This document shows positions 1-8,697 of a stretch of 64,000 bases of DNA, in pieces. Each line of letters opens with the position of its first letter. Within the stretch, counting starts at the first letter, position 1. The notes under the pieces are model-generated. The model saw only the letters and a list, made by a program, of their open reading frames with translations. It had not been told where the DNA came from and ran no database searches. This DNA is from Bacillales bacterium (lineage in GTDB: Bacteria > Bacillota_I > Bacilli_A > RF39 > UBA660): positions 85,791 to 149,790 of the forward strand of contig JAEEKI010000014.1 of assembly GCA_016282375.1 (NCBI GenBank), in the 5' to 3' direction. A program made the translations under genes and the position numbers.

Positions 1-1
1 T

Positions 2-1042
2 AGATTTATTGACTTTTATCAAAATATTAAACCCCAAATTCAAAAAGAAATACACAAGTTTAATCAACAGTTAAAAAAAGAAAAAAAGTTGTCTATCAAA
101 GAAAGTATTGATGTTTTTTGTCAATTAAACGAAGCTGGTAAAATGATTCGTGGAACCCTAATTATATTAGGTTATAGTTTTCATAATGACGATATTAATT
201 ATGCTTTACCTCTAGCTTGTGCTTATGAAGTATTTGAAACCTCTATATTAGTTCATGATGATATTATCGATAATGATGATTTAAGACGTGGTATTAAAAC
301 TATAAATGCCTTTAATAAGGAGAAATATCATCAATTTAAAGATGAGCATCTTGCAAATTCGATTGCTATTTGTCTTGGAGATTTGGGTTTATATAAGGCT
401 AATGATATAATCATAAATAATTATGGTGATGATAAAGTATTTGCTAAACTATTTAAACAATATAATGATATTGTTATTAATACTATTCGGGGAGAAACAC
501 TAGATGTTATTATGCCTTTCGAAGAAAAACATCATTTGTTCAAAGATGATATTGAAAAAAGTGTTATGGATATTTATACCCTTAAAACAGCTTGGTACTC
601 CATCGTTGGTCCTCTTATCTTAGGCATGATTCTCGCTAAAATGGATGATAATAAAATTAAGGATGTAACTAATTTTGCTTTACCACTTGGCATTGCTTTT
701 CAAATTCAAGATGATTTGCTAGGAATATATGCTCAAACCGATAATATTGGTAAACAAGTTGGTAGTGATATTAAAGAGTTTAAACAAACAATTCTTTATG
801 CTTATACCAAAAAGACACCATATTATAATGATTTACTAAAAGAATATGGTAATCCTCATTATGATATTAAAAAGGTCCAAAGTATTTTCGAAGAATGTGG
901 TGCTAAAGACTATGCTCTTAAAGAAACTAATAAATTATATAATAAAAGTTTAAAAGTACTTAATAAAATTGATTGGTTACAAGAAGAACATAAATTAATA
1001 TTAATCGACTTAATTAATTATCTTAAAGAAAGAAAAAAGTAA
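2..1042 (+). CDS. trans-polyprenyl diphosphate synthase family protein; the 5' end probably lies outside the window
   Basis: The frame is open from the window edge (the ORF track gives a TTG start at 89). Both Asp-rich motifs are present: HDDIIDNDDLRRG and FQIQDDLLG. The first motif would sit too close to the N-terminus if the start were at 89. Confidence 0.85.
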   Translation, partial: RFIDFYQNIKPQIQKEIHKFNQQLKKEKKLSIKESIDVFCQLNEAGKMIRGTLIILGYSFHNDDINYALPLACAYEVFETSILVHDDIIDNDDLRRGIKTINAFNKEKYHQFKDEHLANSIAICLGDLGLYKANDIIINNYGDDKVFAKLFKQYNDIVINTIRGETLDVIMPFEEKHHLFKDDIEKSVMDIYTLKTAWYSIVGPLILGMILAKMDDNKIKDVTNFALPLGIAFQIQDDLLGIYAQTDNIGKQVGSDIKEFKQTILYAYTKKTPYYNDLLKEYGNPHYDIKKVQSIFEECGAKDYALKETNKLYNKSLKVLNKIDWLQEEHKLILIDLINYLKERKK

Positions 1043-1059
1043 CTAATAAGTTACTTTTT

Positions 1060-1455
1060 TTATTTTGTCGTTAAGAATTCTTCATGATTATGAATAATAC
1101 TTTGCATAATCTTTAATTGTTCTTCATTTAAGTCATCTGGTGTTAATGAAATACTTGTTTGATTAGTATCATTGAATAATGAAGCAATAAAATTATTAAC
1201 AGTTTTCATATTTGAGTTACTAAAGTCTATCTCATTTTTAGTGTGTATTGGTGGACATGGAGCGGTATCGCAAACAACATGATCCTCAAACTCAACATAT
1301 ACTTTGTTGTTCTTTAGTTGAGTAATATCATAAGTATTGATTTCATCAACATATGTTATATGATATTCCGTTTTTAAAGTTAAAAAAGATATAATCCCTA
1401 TGAATAACATAGCTATAGCACATACCATCAAAATCTTACTTAAACTATTTTTCAT
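1060..1455 (-). CDS. hypothetical membrane-anchored protein
   Basis: ORF with a single N-terminal hydrophobic helix (ILMVCAIAMLFIGIISFL). AGGTGA lies 5 nt upstream of the internal ATG (M4), so the start is moved from 1464 to 1455. Confidence 0.5.
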   Translation of the reverse strand: MKNSLSKILMVCAIAMLFIGIISFLTLKTEYHITYVDEINTYDITQLKNNKVYVEFEDHVVCDTAPCPPIHTKNEIDFSNSNMKTVNNFIASLFNDTNQTSISLTPDDLNEEQLKIMQSIIHNHEEFLTTK

Positions 1456-1490
1456 AATAATCACCTACTATAATGTTATCACAAATTATC

Positions 1491-2099
1491 TTAAAAATCA
1501 TCCTCATGATAATAATCTTCTTCGTCAAAATCATCAGGGTCAGTTTCAAATTGCCATGGTTCCCATTCACCTTCCCGAACAATTTCTTTTTCATCTTCAT
1601 CAAGTCCCAATATATCCATTTCTTCTTCAAGGTCTTGCTCTTTTCTTTCTTCATCAGATACTTCATGATATCCGGTAATATCTTGAATGGCCCCTAAGAA
1701 GCCTCTTACTTTATCAACTAATCTCACTTTTGGTTCATCATCTTCCTTACTTGATATATCAAAAATACTTTCCTTTTTAGGACATACCTCTTGTTCATAA
1801 TCAGATTTTTTTATTTGTCTTTCATGGCCAAATTCTTTAAAAATGACAGCGTATAAATGCTTACAGTTAATTCCTTTTTCAAAGAATGGACAACTACACT
1901 TCATTTGTGTAATATCATTATTTTCATATTTAAATGATACATTGTATATTTTACTTCCTTGTACCGTGGCATGATATGTATTGTCTTTAACTTCGATTGT
2001 TTTTACACGCCCTTCTTTAAAGTATTCATAACCACGCCATTTGGCTAATTCATCAAAATAATCATTAAATTCACATTCAGGTACTGTAATATCATCCAT
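1491..2099 (-). CDS. SWIM zinc-finger protein with a highly acidic C-terminal half
   Basis: CxC...CxH SWIM signature (KCSCPFFEKGINCKHLYAV). GAGGTG RBS precedes M4. The C-terminal ~70 aa are rich in D/E. Confidence 0.7.
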   Translation of the reverse strand: MDDITVPECEFNDYFDELAKWRGYEYFKEGRVKTIEVKDNTYHATVQGSKIYNVSFKYENNDITQMKCSCPFFEKGINCKHLYAVIFKEFGHERQIKKSDYEQEVCPKKESIFDISSKEDDEPKVRLVDKVRGFLGAIQDITGYHEVSDEERKEQDLEEEMDILGLDEDEKEIVREGEWEPWQFETDPDDFDEEDYYHEDDF

Positions 2100-2211
2100 A
2101 ATAGTCACCTCTGGTTATTAAGTAATTTTATTATAACAAATAAAAAACAAGAATTCTATGATATAATTAGGTTATGAGGATTAGATGATTTGTCTAATTC
2201 TAAGGAGGATT

Positions 2212-3441
2212 ATGATAAAGAAAGCATTAGTATTTATTATGGACGGACTTGGTGATCGTCCTATCGAGGAGTTTGATAATAAAACCCCTTTAGAATATGC
2301 AAATACACCAAATTTTAATAAACTATGTGCGGAAAGCCAATGTGGTTTAATGTACACTCTAGGTCGTGGTAAAAGACCTGGTAGTGATACTGCTCATATG
2401 TCAATCTTTGGTTATCCTATCGAAGAATATTATACAGGAAGAGGTCCTATCGAAGCTGCTGGAGTTGGTATTAAACTTGAACATGGCGATGTTGCTTTCC
2501 GTGGTAACTTTGGTACTGTTGATGAAAAGTGGAATGTTTTAGATCGTCGGGCCGGAAGAATTAAAGATGTAACTGTTTTTGCTCAAGCCCTTGATGGCCT
2601 AGAAATTGATGGCGTTAAATTTATTGTTAAACCTGGTTCTGCTTATCGAGCTGGTGTTGTAATGCGTGGTAAAGGTTTATCTAGTAATGTCAGTAGTGCT
2701 GACTCTCACAACGCTGGGGATGCTATTCATCAAGTTGAACCTTTAGATAATACTAAAGAAGCAAAATTTACTGCTGAAGTATTAAACAAATTTATGAAAA
2801 AATCTTATGAGATTCTTAATAATCTCGAAGAGAATAAAAAAAGAAAAGAACAAGGTGAATTACAAGCCAATTTCTTATTACTAAGAGGTGCGGGTGTTTA
2901 TCCTAAACTACCTAAGTTTACCGAAAAATGGGGATTTGAAAAAGCTTGTTGTATCGCAGGTGGCGGCCTATATAAAGGTGTCGGAGCATTCCTTGGTATG
3001 GATTTGATTGATGTTCCTGGTGCTAATGCTCAAGTTGATACTAATCTTGAAGGTAAATTTGATGCAGCCCTTAGGGCTCTTAAAGAATATGACTTTGTCT
3101 TTCTACATGTTAAACCAACCGACTCTCTTGCCGAAGATGGAAATTATTTAGGAAAAAAAGAGTTTATTGAAAAAATTGATAAATATGTGTCTAAATTAAA
3201 TGAAGTTGATGATGAAACACTTATCGTTATTACAGCAGATCACTCTACTGCTTGTGAACTAAAAGCTCATAGCGCTGATCCTGTACCTATTTTATTCCAT
3301 GCTAAAGGTATTCGTAATGATAACTTAACTAAATTTGGTGAAAGAGAATGCTCTAAAGGTAGTCTGGGCGTTATTGAAGGTAAAGATGTTATGCCTAATA
3401 TTTTAAATGTTATGGGTAAATTACCATTAATTGGTGCATAA
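2212..3441 (+). CDS. apgM: cofactor-independent phosphoglycerate mutase, archaeal ApgM type
   Basis: N-terminus KALVFIMDGLGDRP and C-terminus ITADHSTA...HSADPVP match the metalloenzyme (alkaline-phosphatase superfamily) ApgM pattern. AGGAGG RBS precedes the ATG at 2212. Confidence 0.8.
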   Translation: MIKKALVFIMDGLGDRPIEEFDNKTPLEYANTPNFNKLCAESQCGLMYTLGRGKRPGSDTAHMSIFGYPIEEYYTGRGPIEAAGVGIKLEHGDVAFRGNFGTVDEKWNVLDRRAGRIKDVTVFAQALDGLEIDGVKFIVKPGSAYRAGVVMRGKGLSSNVSSADSHNAGDAIHQVEPLDNTKEAKFTAEVLNKFMKKSYEILNNLEENKKRKEQGELQANFLLLRGAGVYPKLPKFTEKWGFEKACCIAGGGLYKGVGAFLGMDLIDVPGANAQVDTNLEGKFDAALRALKEYDFVFLHVKPTDSLAEDGNYLGKKEFIEKIDKYVSKLNEVDDETLIVITADHSTACELKAHSADPVPILFHAKGIRNDNLTKFGERECSKGSLGVIEGKDVMPNILNVMGKLPLIGA

Positions 3442-3468
3442 AAAAAGAAGTTATAAACTTCTTTTTTT
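3440..3468. terminator. bidirectional intrinsic terminator between convergent apgM and the EamA gene
   Basis: AAAAAAGAAGTT-ATAA-ACTTCTTTTTTT. Confidence 0.7.
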
Positions 3469-4381
3469 AATACACTAATATTATTAAACCAATAATACCA
3501 ATTATAATACATAATATTTTCTTAATAACTACCCTCTTACTTAGATTTTCTTGAATATATTTAGGGAATAACATCGTTCCAATCACACCAATTATAAAGG
3601 CAAATGTTCCTTGAAAACCACTTAGGATATTAGCTAAGGCTAAAGGTATAGTTACATTAGCAAAATTTACCATTAAACTAGCCATTAGATTAATAGCTTC
3701 ATTCGAAGCATTTAAAGCAAAATATTTTTTACCATTATCTTTGATTATTTTAATAAAGGGTTCTCTAAATGACTTAATACATAATAATATAATACCAATA
3801 AGAAGAAAACCTATTTGATGCCAAAAAGCACAGGCATAATAAGAACTATTTCTGATACCAATGTCAAACAAAATATAATATGATGCATAACATAGACATG
3901 CTAAAGTAATAAATAACAATGCTTTATATTTTTGATTATGACTCTTTTCATTAAAATCAACCGATATCATAATCGAAGATACTAAGATAATTAAAGAACC
4001 AATTATTTGCTTAATAGTTAAAGTTTCTTTAAAGAATAATAATGCTAAGAAATAACTAAATACCGGTAACATTTGAAACATGATAACGATCATCGAAGTA
4101 TCATTTTTCTCAATCGCTTTATAATAAAATATTGTAGCAATAATATATACACAGGAAGCCATTAAGACACTTATTAATGAAATAGAACTGATACCAACAT
4201 TAAACCTACTTAAGATTAACCAAATAGGACTTATGATAATACCAGCAATAAAGGTTGAAAAAATAAGTAATACTTTAATATTACTCTTACTTTCAAAACT
4301 AGTTAGTAAATATTTATCAATATGATTTGTTATAGCCCAAAATAAAGAAGCTAAGATTCCAAATATGATTGCTATTGTCAT
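3467..4381 (-). CDS. EamA/DMT-superfamily transporter
   Basis: About 10 predicted TM helices arranged as two halves. The length (304 aa) is typical of DMT permeases. Confidence 0.65.
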   Translation of the reverse strand: MTIAIIFGILASLFWAITNHIDKYLLTSFESKSNIKVLLIFSTFIAGIIISPIWLILSRFNVGISSISLISVLMASCVYIIATIFYYKAIEKNDTSMIVIMFQMLPVFSYFLALLFFKETLTIKQIIGSLIILVSSIMISVDFNEKSHNQKYKALLFITLACLCYASYYILFDIGIRNSSYYACAFWHQIGFLLIGIILLCIKSFREPFIKIIKDNGKKYFALNASNEAINLMASLMVNFANVTIPLALANILSGFQGTFAFIIGVIGTMLFPKYIQENLSKRVVIKKILCIIIGIIGLIILVY

Positions 4382-4463
4382 AATTTACTCCTAGATATAA
4401 TTATATCATATTTGCTAAATAATAACTCTTTTGTTAAAATAATAAACAATAAGGAGGATACTT

Positions 4464-5162
4464 ATGGAATTTAAAAGAATTTTAATTAAATTAAGTGGTG
4501 AAACCCTAGCAGGAAAAGATGGTAAAGGCATAGATTTTAATGCTGTCTTAGATATTTGTAACGAGATTAAGAAAGCTAAGAAAGAAGATACGGAATTTGC
4601 TATTGTCGTCGGTGGTGGTAACTTCTGGCGTGGAAGAAGTAATACCTACATGGATAAATGTACATCAGATCATATTGGCATGCTTGCCACAACGATGAAT
4701 GCCCTAGCCCTTCAAGATGGATTTCGACAAATTGGTGTCGAAGCAAGAGTTCAAACTGGTATTGAAATGCGTCAAATAGCCGAGTTTTATATCCGTAATC
4801 GGGCAACAAGACATTTAGAAAAGAATCGAATTGTAATCTTTGGATGTGGAACTGGAAGTCCCTTCTTTTCAACCGATACGGCAGCTGCTTTAAGAGCAGC
4901 TGAGATAAATGCTGATGTAATATTCAAAGCCACGAATGTCGATGGTGTCTATGATAAAGATCCTAAGAAATACCCAGATGTTAAACGTTTTAAAGAAATA
5001 TCCTATATAGATGTCTTAAATAAAAAATTACAAGTAATGGACTCAACAGCAACATCACTATGTATGGATAATAACATCCCTATTCTAGTATTTGATATCA
5101 ATAAAAAAGGTAATCTTTCTAAAGCAGTTAAAGGTATTAATATTGGAACTATTATTAGATAG
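4464..5162 (+). CDS. pyrH: UMP kinase
   Basis: [12 protein letters not shown] and [10 protein letters not shown] motifs. Length is 232 aa. AGGAGG RBS present. Confidence 0.92.
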   Translation: MEFKRILIKLSGETLAGKDGKGIDFNAVLDICNEIKKAKKEDTEFAIVVGGGNFWRGRSNTYMDKCTSDHIGMLATTMNALALQDGFRQIGVEARVQTGIEMRQIAEFYIRNRATRHLEKNRIVIFGCGTGSPFFSTDTAAALRAAEINADVIFKATNVDGVYDKDPKKYPDVKRFKEISYIDVLNKKLQVMDSTATSLCMDNNIPILVFDINKKGNLSKAVKGINIGTIIR

Positions 5163-5193
5163 AAAAGGAATAAGTTTTTGCTTATTCCTTTTT
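5163..5193 (+). terminator. pyrH terminator
   Basis: AAAAGGAATAAG-TTTTTG-CTTATTCCTTTTT. Confidence 0.7.
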
Positions 5194-5403
5194 AGTAATA
5201 TCTTATTGTCTTTAATTAACTATTCTTGTCTTGACCATTATAATTAATACACATTTGCACTCTTCAGAGGGCGATAATTTATACGACTTATCTCTTATAC
5301 AAAAGTTTAAATTTCCCATAAAATAAGGTTTTATGAGGCTCATCAATTTATCATAGTTTATCAACATTTGTATAGGCGTTAATGTAAAAGTTAATGTAAA
5401 AGT

Positions 5404-5437
5404 AAAAATCAGATATATTTTTGTCTATATCTGATTT
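5404..5437 (-). terminator. terminator of the PHP-ATPase operon
   Basis: 12-bp stem AAATCAGATATA/TATATCTGATTT with a T-run on the minus strand. Confidence 0.65.
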
Positions 5438-5444
5438 CTATCTT

Positions 5445-5747
5445 TTATTGTTCTAAATATTCGTTATTAATTGGATCACTAAAATTGTTTTTTAATGTTT
5501 CTAATTCAGTATTTAGATGGTTAATATATTTTTCAGCAATCTCTGAATATAAATCTTCTTTTTTCTTGTTGAAGTTAAAACTGATGTCCTGATTATCAAC
5601 AAATTTTTCTAAAATCTTATAAAACATCTTTTTTGTATTTCCTTGATCATCAGATGTTATTTCTATTTTTACTGGCTCATCAAAATTAAAAACCAAATAC
5701 GCTTTATCTTTATCCTCAGTAATTAACACTTCAATTTTATTATTCAT
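5445..5747 (-). CDS. small cytoplasmic protein (100 aa), third gene of the PHP-ATPase operon
   Basis: The ATG at 5747 overlaps the stop of the upstream gene by 8 nt (ATGAATAA). A GGAG lies inside the upstream gene's end. A terminator sits immediately downstream. Confidence 0.5.
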   Translation of the reverse strand: MNNKIEVLITEDKDKAYLVFNFDEPVKIEITSDDQGNTKKMFYKILEKFVDNQDISFNFNKKKEDLYSEIAEKYINHLNTELETLKNNFSDPINNEYLEQ

Positions 5748-7875
5748 ATAAATCTCCTCTTTCTTCAAATGCTTCTTTTCCACCTTCTAAGTATTTAATG
5801 CTTTCTTCTTTCCAACTTAGTTTTTCTCCAGTCGATATTTCTTTAAGCTCATCAGTAAACATATTTCCTATATATGTTTTATACTTATCATTATCAACGG
5901 TTTTAAGAATAGAGCATGATGGCCTAGTTCTAATTGCTATATTAGCATCATGTGTAGCTATAACCAATACTTTTTTTGCCGTCGCTAAATCCTTTATTAA
6001 TGGAACTATTTCTTCATTTATATATGTACTTCCAAGATTTGCTTCAGGTTCATCAATTAGGAAAATATCATAATCCTTCTTGGATAGAAGATTATGTTGA
6101 AGTGATAGTATGGCTAATTCTCCTTTTGATGGCTTATATTGAACCTCATTGATGGTAAATGATTTTGTTATTGAGATAAATTCATTTATATCAGTAAGCT
6201 TAATCTTTGCTATATTTTCTTTTATTAATTTTATATTATTTGGTATTTTGTCTGAAGCAATATCACTATTTATTTTTTCTAATTCAGAAACAATAATACT
6301 TAATTCTGTTTTATTTGTTTTTAGGGATTTTGAATCAATTGTTTTTTTATTGCTACTATTTATAAAGGAATACTTTGTTGTTAGTTTGACTTCTCCCTTT
6401 AAGCCAAGTTTTCCAATAAAGATACTGTTTGAATTTTCAGTATTATTTAGAATACTTAATATGGTACTCACATTTTCCTTTAATTCAATTCTATTTTTTA
6501 TAAACTCACATAATCCTGTTTCTGTTGGCATTGAAGGGCTTCCAATATTTTGCGATACAAAATTATTCATTTTTTCTACAAAATCATCTAACAATCTTAC
6601 TGAGTTTTCCTCTATCCATATTTCTTTATATTTTTCATATATATGTGATTTTGTATTTTGCAACTGCTTTATTAAATCTGTTATTTCTTTTTCATTAATC
6701 TTTTTATATTCAAAAGCATTTGCCTTATTTATAAAATCATCTATATTATTAATATCTTCAAATAATCCTTTGTATATTTTATCCGTATATGAATGTAATT
6801 TATTAATTTCCAAACATAACATTTTCTTTCTTTTTTTATTTGTAGAAGCGTTTTTATAATATTTATAATAATTCTTTAGTGAAATTGGGTTAGTATCAGT
6901 AAACGCCTTTATTTTTGATATTTCTGTTTTATAGTCCGATTCTAACTTTAAATTAGTATATGTATAATCTATATCATTTAATTTAATCTTTTGCTCATAC
7001 CATTCTTGTTTATCACCGCCAAAGAAAATTGTATATTTTAATCCTTTTAAATCGTAATAATTTTTTAGTGAATTTAAAATTTCTGTCTTGCCACTTCCTT
7101 TATCACCAAATATGATATTCACATCATCATAAATTGGAATATTAAATGGATATTCTTTTTTATCACTTATACCATATACCTTTACATTTTCATTAAAATT
7201 CTCATTAATCAAATCTGATATTAATAAAGTATCTTTGTCAACAAATCTTAAAAGATGTGAAAAATCTTTTACATCAAATTTTAATTCTGCAAAAAAGCAT
7301 TTTTCATATTCATTCCAATCTGTTACATCAGATCCGATCATTGCTCTATGATTATTGCTTTGTAAAACTCCTATAGAAACAATATTAGATGCCTCTTTTA
7401 GCAATCTTAAGGGATGTTCCATAATCGACGCTAAATCATTTAAATCTGCATCAGATAGTTGTTTATCTTTTAAAAAATGTGCTATATAAATTATGTCCAT
7501 ATCCTTAAAAGTACTATATAATAGATGGCTGTTAATATAAAAGTCATCTGGCTTTTTATTGCCTAACATATTATTAATTTTTTCATTAAATAAATCGATT
7601 TTTTCTGGACTAGCGACTAGTATAATATGACCTCTTGTTTTTTCGATATTTCCTTCAACATCTAGTTCAATTCCAGGCATTACATAACATATATCTTTTA
7701 CAGATTCTTTAAATGATAAATACTCCTCTTTATTAAAATAATTATGATTTGTGATTCCTAACATTTTTACTTCTGCTTCTTCAACTTTTTCTCTAAATAA
7801 GTTTATTTTTACATTCCTAGATTCACTCTCAAATGATTTTGTCTTTTTTGTATGACAATGTAAATCTATTTTCAT
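5740..7875 (-). CDS. PHP-domain / ABC-type (SMC/OLD-like) ATPase fusion protein
   Basis: N-terminus KIDLHCHTKKT...GITNHN (PHP phosphoesterase His motifs). Walker A FGDKGSGKTE, signature-like PSKGELAILSL, and Walker B/D-loop IFLIDEPEANLG...IATHD. Confidence 0.7.
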   Translation of the reverse strand: MKIDLHCHTKKTKSFESESRNVKINLFREKVEEAEVKMLGITNHNYFNKEEYLSFKESVKDICYVMPGIELDVEGNIEKTRGHIILVASPEKIDLFNEKINNMLGNKKPDDFYINSHLLYSTFKDMDIIYIAHFLKDKQLSDADLNDLASIMEHPLRLLKEASNIVSIGVLQSNNHRAMIGSDVTDWNEYEKCFFAELKFDVKDFSHLLRFVDKDTLLISDLINENFNENVKVYGISDKKEYPFNIPIYDDVNIIFGDKGSGKTEILNSLKNYYDLKGLKYTIFFGGDKQEWYEQKIKLNDIDYTYTNLKLESDYKTEISKIKAFTDTNPISLKNYYKYYKNASTNKKRKKMLCLEINKLHSYTDKIYKGLFEDINNIDDFINKANAFEYKKINEKEITDLIKQLQNTKSHIYEKYKEIWIEENSVRLLDDFVEKMNNFVSQNIGSPSMPTETGLCEFIKNRIELKENVSTILSILNNTENSNSIFIGKLGLKGEVKLTTKYSFINSSNKKTIDSKSLKTNKTELSIIVSELEKINSDIASDKIPNNIKLIKENIAKIKLTDINEFISITKSFTINEVQYKPSKGELAILSLQHNLLSKKDYDIFLIDEPEANLGSTYINEEIVPLIKDLATAKKVLVIATHDANIAIRTRPSCSILKTVDNDKYKTYIGNMFTDELKEISTGEKLSWKEESIKYLEGGKEAFEERGDLYE

Positions 7876-7890
7876 AAATTATTCCTCCTT

Positions 7891-8604
7891 TTACCACATC
7901 CATGGCTTTTTAAAACACTCTAGTGCAGTATCAGGTAAAGTATATAATCTATAATCTTTATTTGATATAGTATATGGTTCATATAAATCTTTTTGGTGGA
8001 TAAAAAATGGTTGCTCATATAAATTGCCATACGAATCTCTAAACAACAATGCTAATTCACTACTAAAAGTATTGTATATTTTGCTGCCTTCTAAATATGC
8101 TATATCAATTAGAATAATATCATTTTTTAATATTTTTCTATCATAACAATAACTATAATTAACAAATTTGCTATCAACTATATACTTTATAGATTCAATA
8201 TCACAAAGCATTGTATATTTTTGAGCTGTAGCACATATATCTAATTGATTTATATCAGCATTACCTATATTCTTGATGTAAAATCTTAAATGCTTATATT
8301 TATCCTTCTTTAGTACATCTTTACTATAATGAAACTCTACATCTTTTTTATCATTAATTGATGTTTTAAAATCAGTCATAAATAAAGAAATGTCTGGTTT
8401 TTCTTTGGAATCCCATTGTTTATCTTCAATATGTAATTCTGCTTTGTTTAAAAATTGCTGTTTTCTTTCCTTTTTATTTTCTTGTTTTTCATTATATTTC
8501 CTATCACTTTTTCTAAATATAATCTGTATGATTGTCGTAATAGCTAAAGTTATTAGTGAAGCAACAACCGCATTATTATTAATAAAATTAAATATATCTT
8601 TCAT
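7891..8604 (-). CDS. hypothetical single-pass membrane protein, first gene of the PHP-ATPase operon
   Basis: N-terminal TM helix (VVASLITLAITTIIQIIF) followed by a Lys/Glu-rich linker and a globular domain. It ends 15 nt before the PHP-ATPase start, which carries an AAGGAGG RBS. Confidence 0.55.
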   Translation of the reverse strand: MKDIFNFINNNAVVASLITLAITTIIQIIFRKSDRKYNEKQENKKERKQQFLNKAELHIEDKQWDSKEKPDISLFMTDFKTSINDKKDVEFHYSKDVLKKDKYKHLRFYIKNIGNADINQLDICATAQKYTMLCDIESIKYIVDSKFVNYSYCYDRKILKNDIILIDIAYLEGSKIYNTFSSELALLFRDSYGNLYEQPFFIHQKDLYEPYTISNKDYRLYTLPDTALECFKKPWMW

Positions 8605-8622
8605 TTAAACCCCCACTAAAGC

Positions 8623-8648
8623 AAAAAGATATCATAATAATGATATCT
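8623..8648 (-). terminator. hairpin plus T-run after the GmrSD-like gene
   Basis: AGATATCAT-TATT-ATGATATCT followed by TTTTT on the minus strand. Confidence 0.5.
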
Positions 8649-8697
8649 AGTTATGATTATTATATCACAATAATAATCTTTTTAAAATCAAATTTAA

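Noticed and set aside
1400-1697. Overlapping small ORFs (1400-1678 +, 1445-1666 -, 1473-1697 +)
   Set aside because: They overlap the ends of the 134-aa ORF and the SWIM ORF in alternative frames and have low-complexity translations.
4464-5162. pyrH lacking its usual tsf/frr neighbours, as evidence of island insertion
   Set aside because: Gene order around pyrH varies among Bacillota. Without comparative genomes this cannot be distinguished from normal lineage-specific synteny, so it is kept only as a minor point under the island finding.
5378-5401. Tandem GTTAATGTAAAA x2
   Set aside because: Only two copies of a 12-mer in AT-rich intergenic DNA; insufficient to call a functional repeat.
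6149-6859. 236-aa plus-strand ORF antisense to the PHP-ATPase gene. Similar antisense ORFs occur at 5798-6073, 8390-8608, 10337-10561, 14941-15240, 17852-18049, 24577-24846, 27191-27529, 31389-31631, 58946-59173 and 63171-63374.
   Set aside because: Phe/Leu/Ser/Ile-rich translations are typical of the antisense strand of AT-rich genes. They have no RBS and are completely overlapped by well-supported genes.
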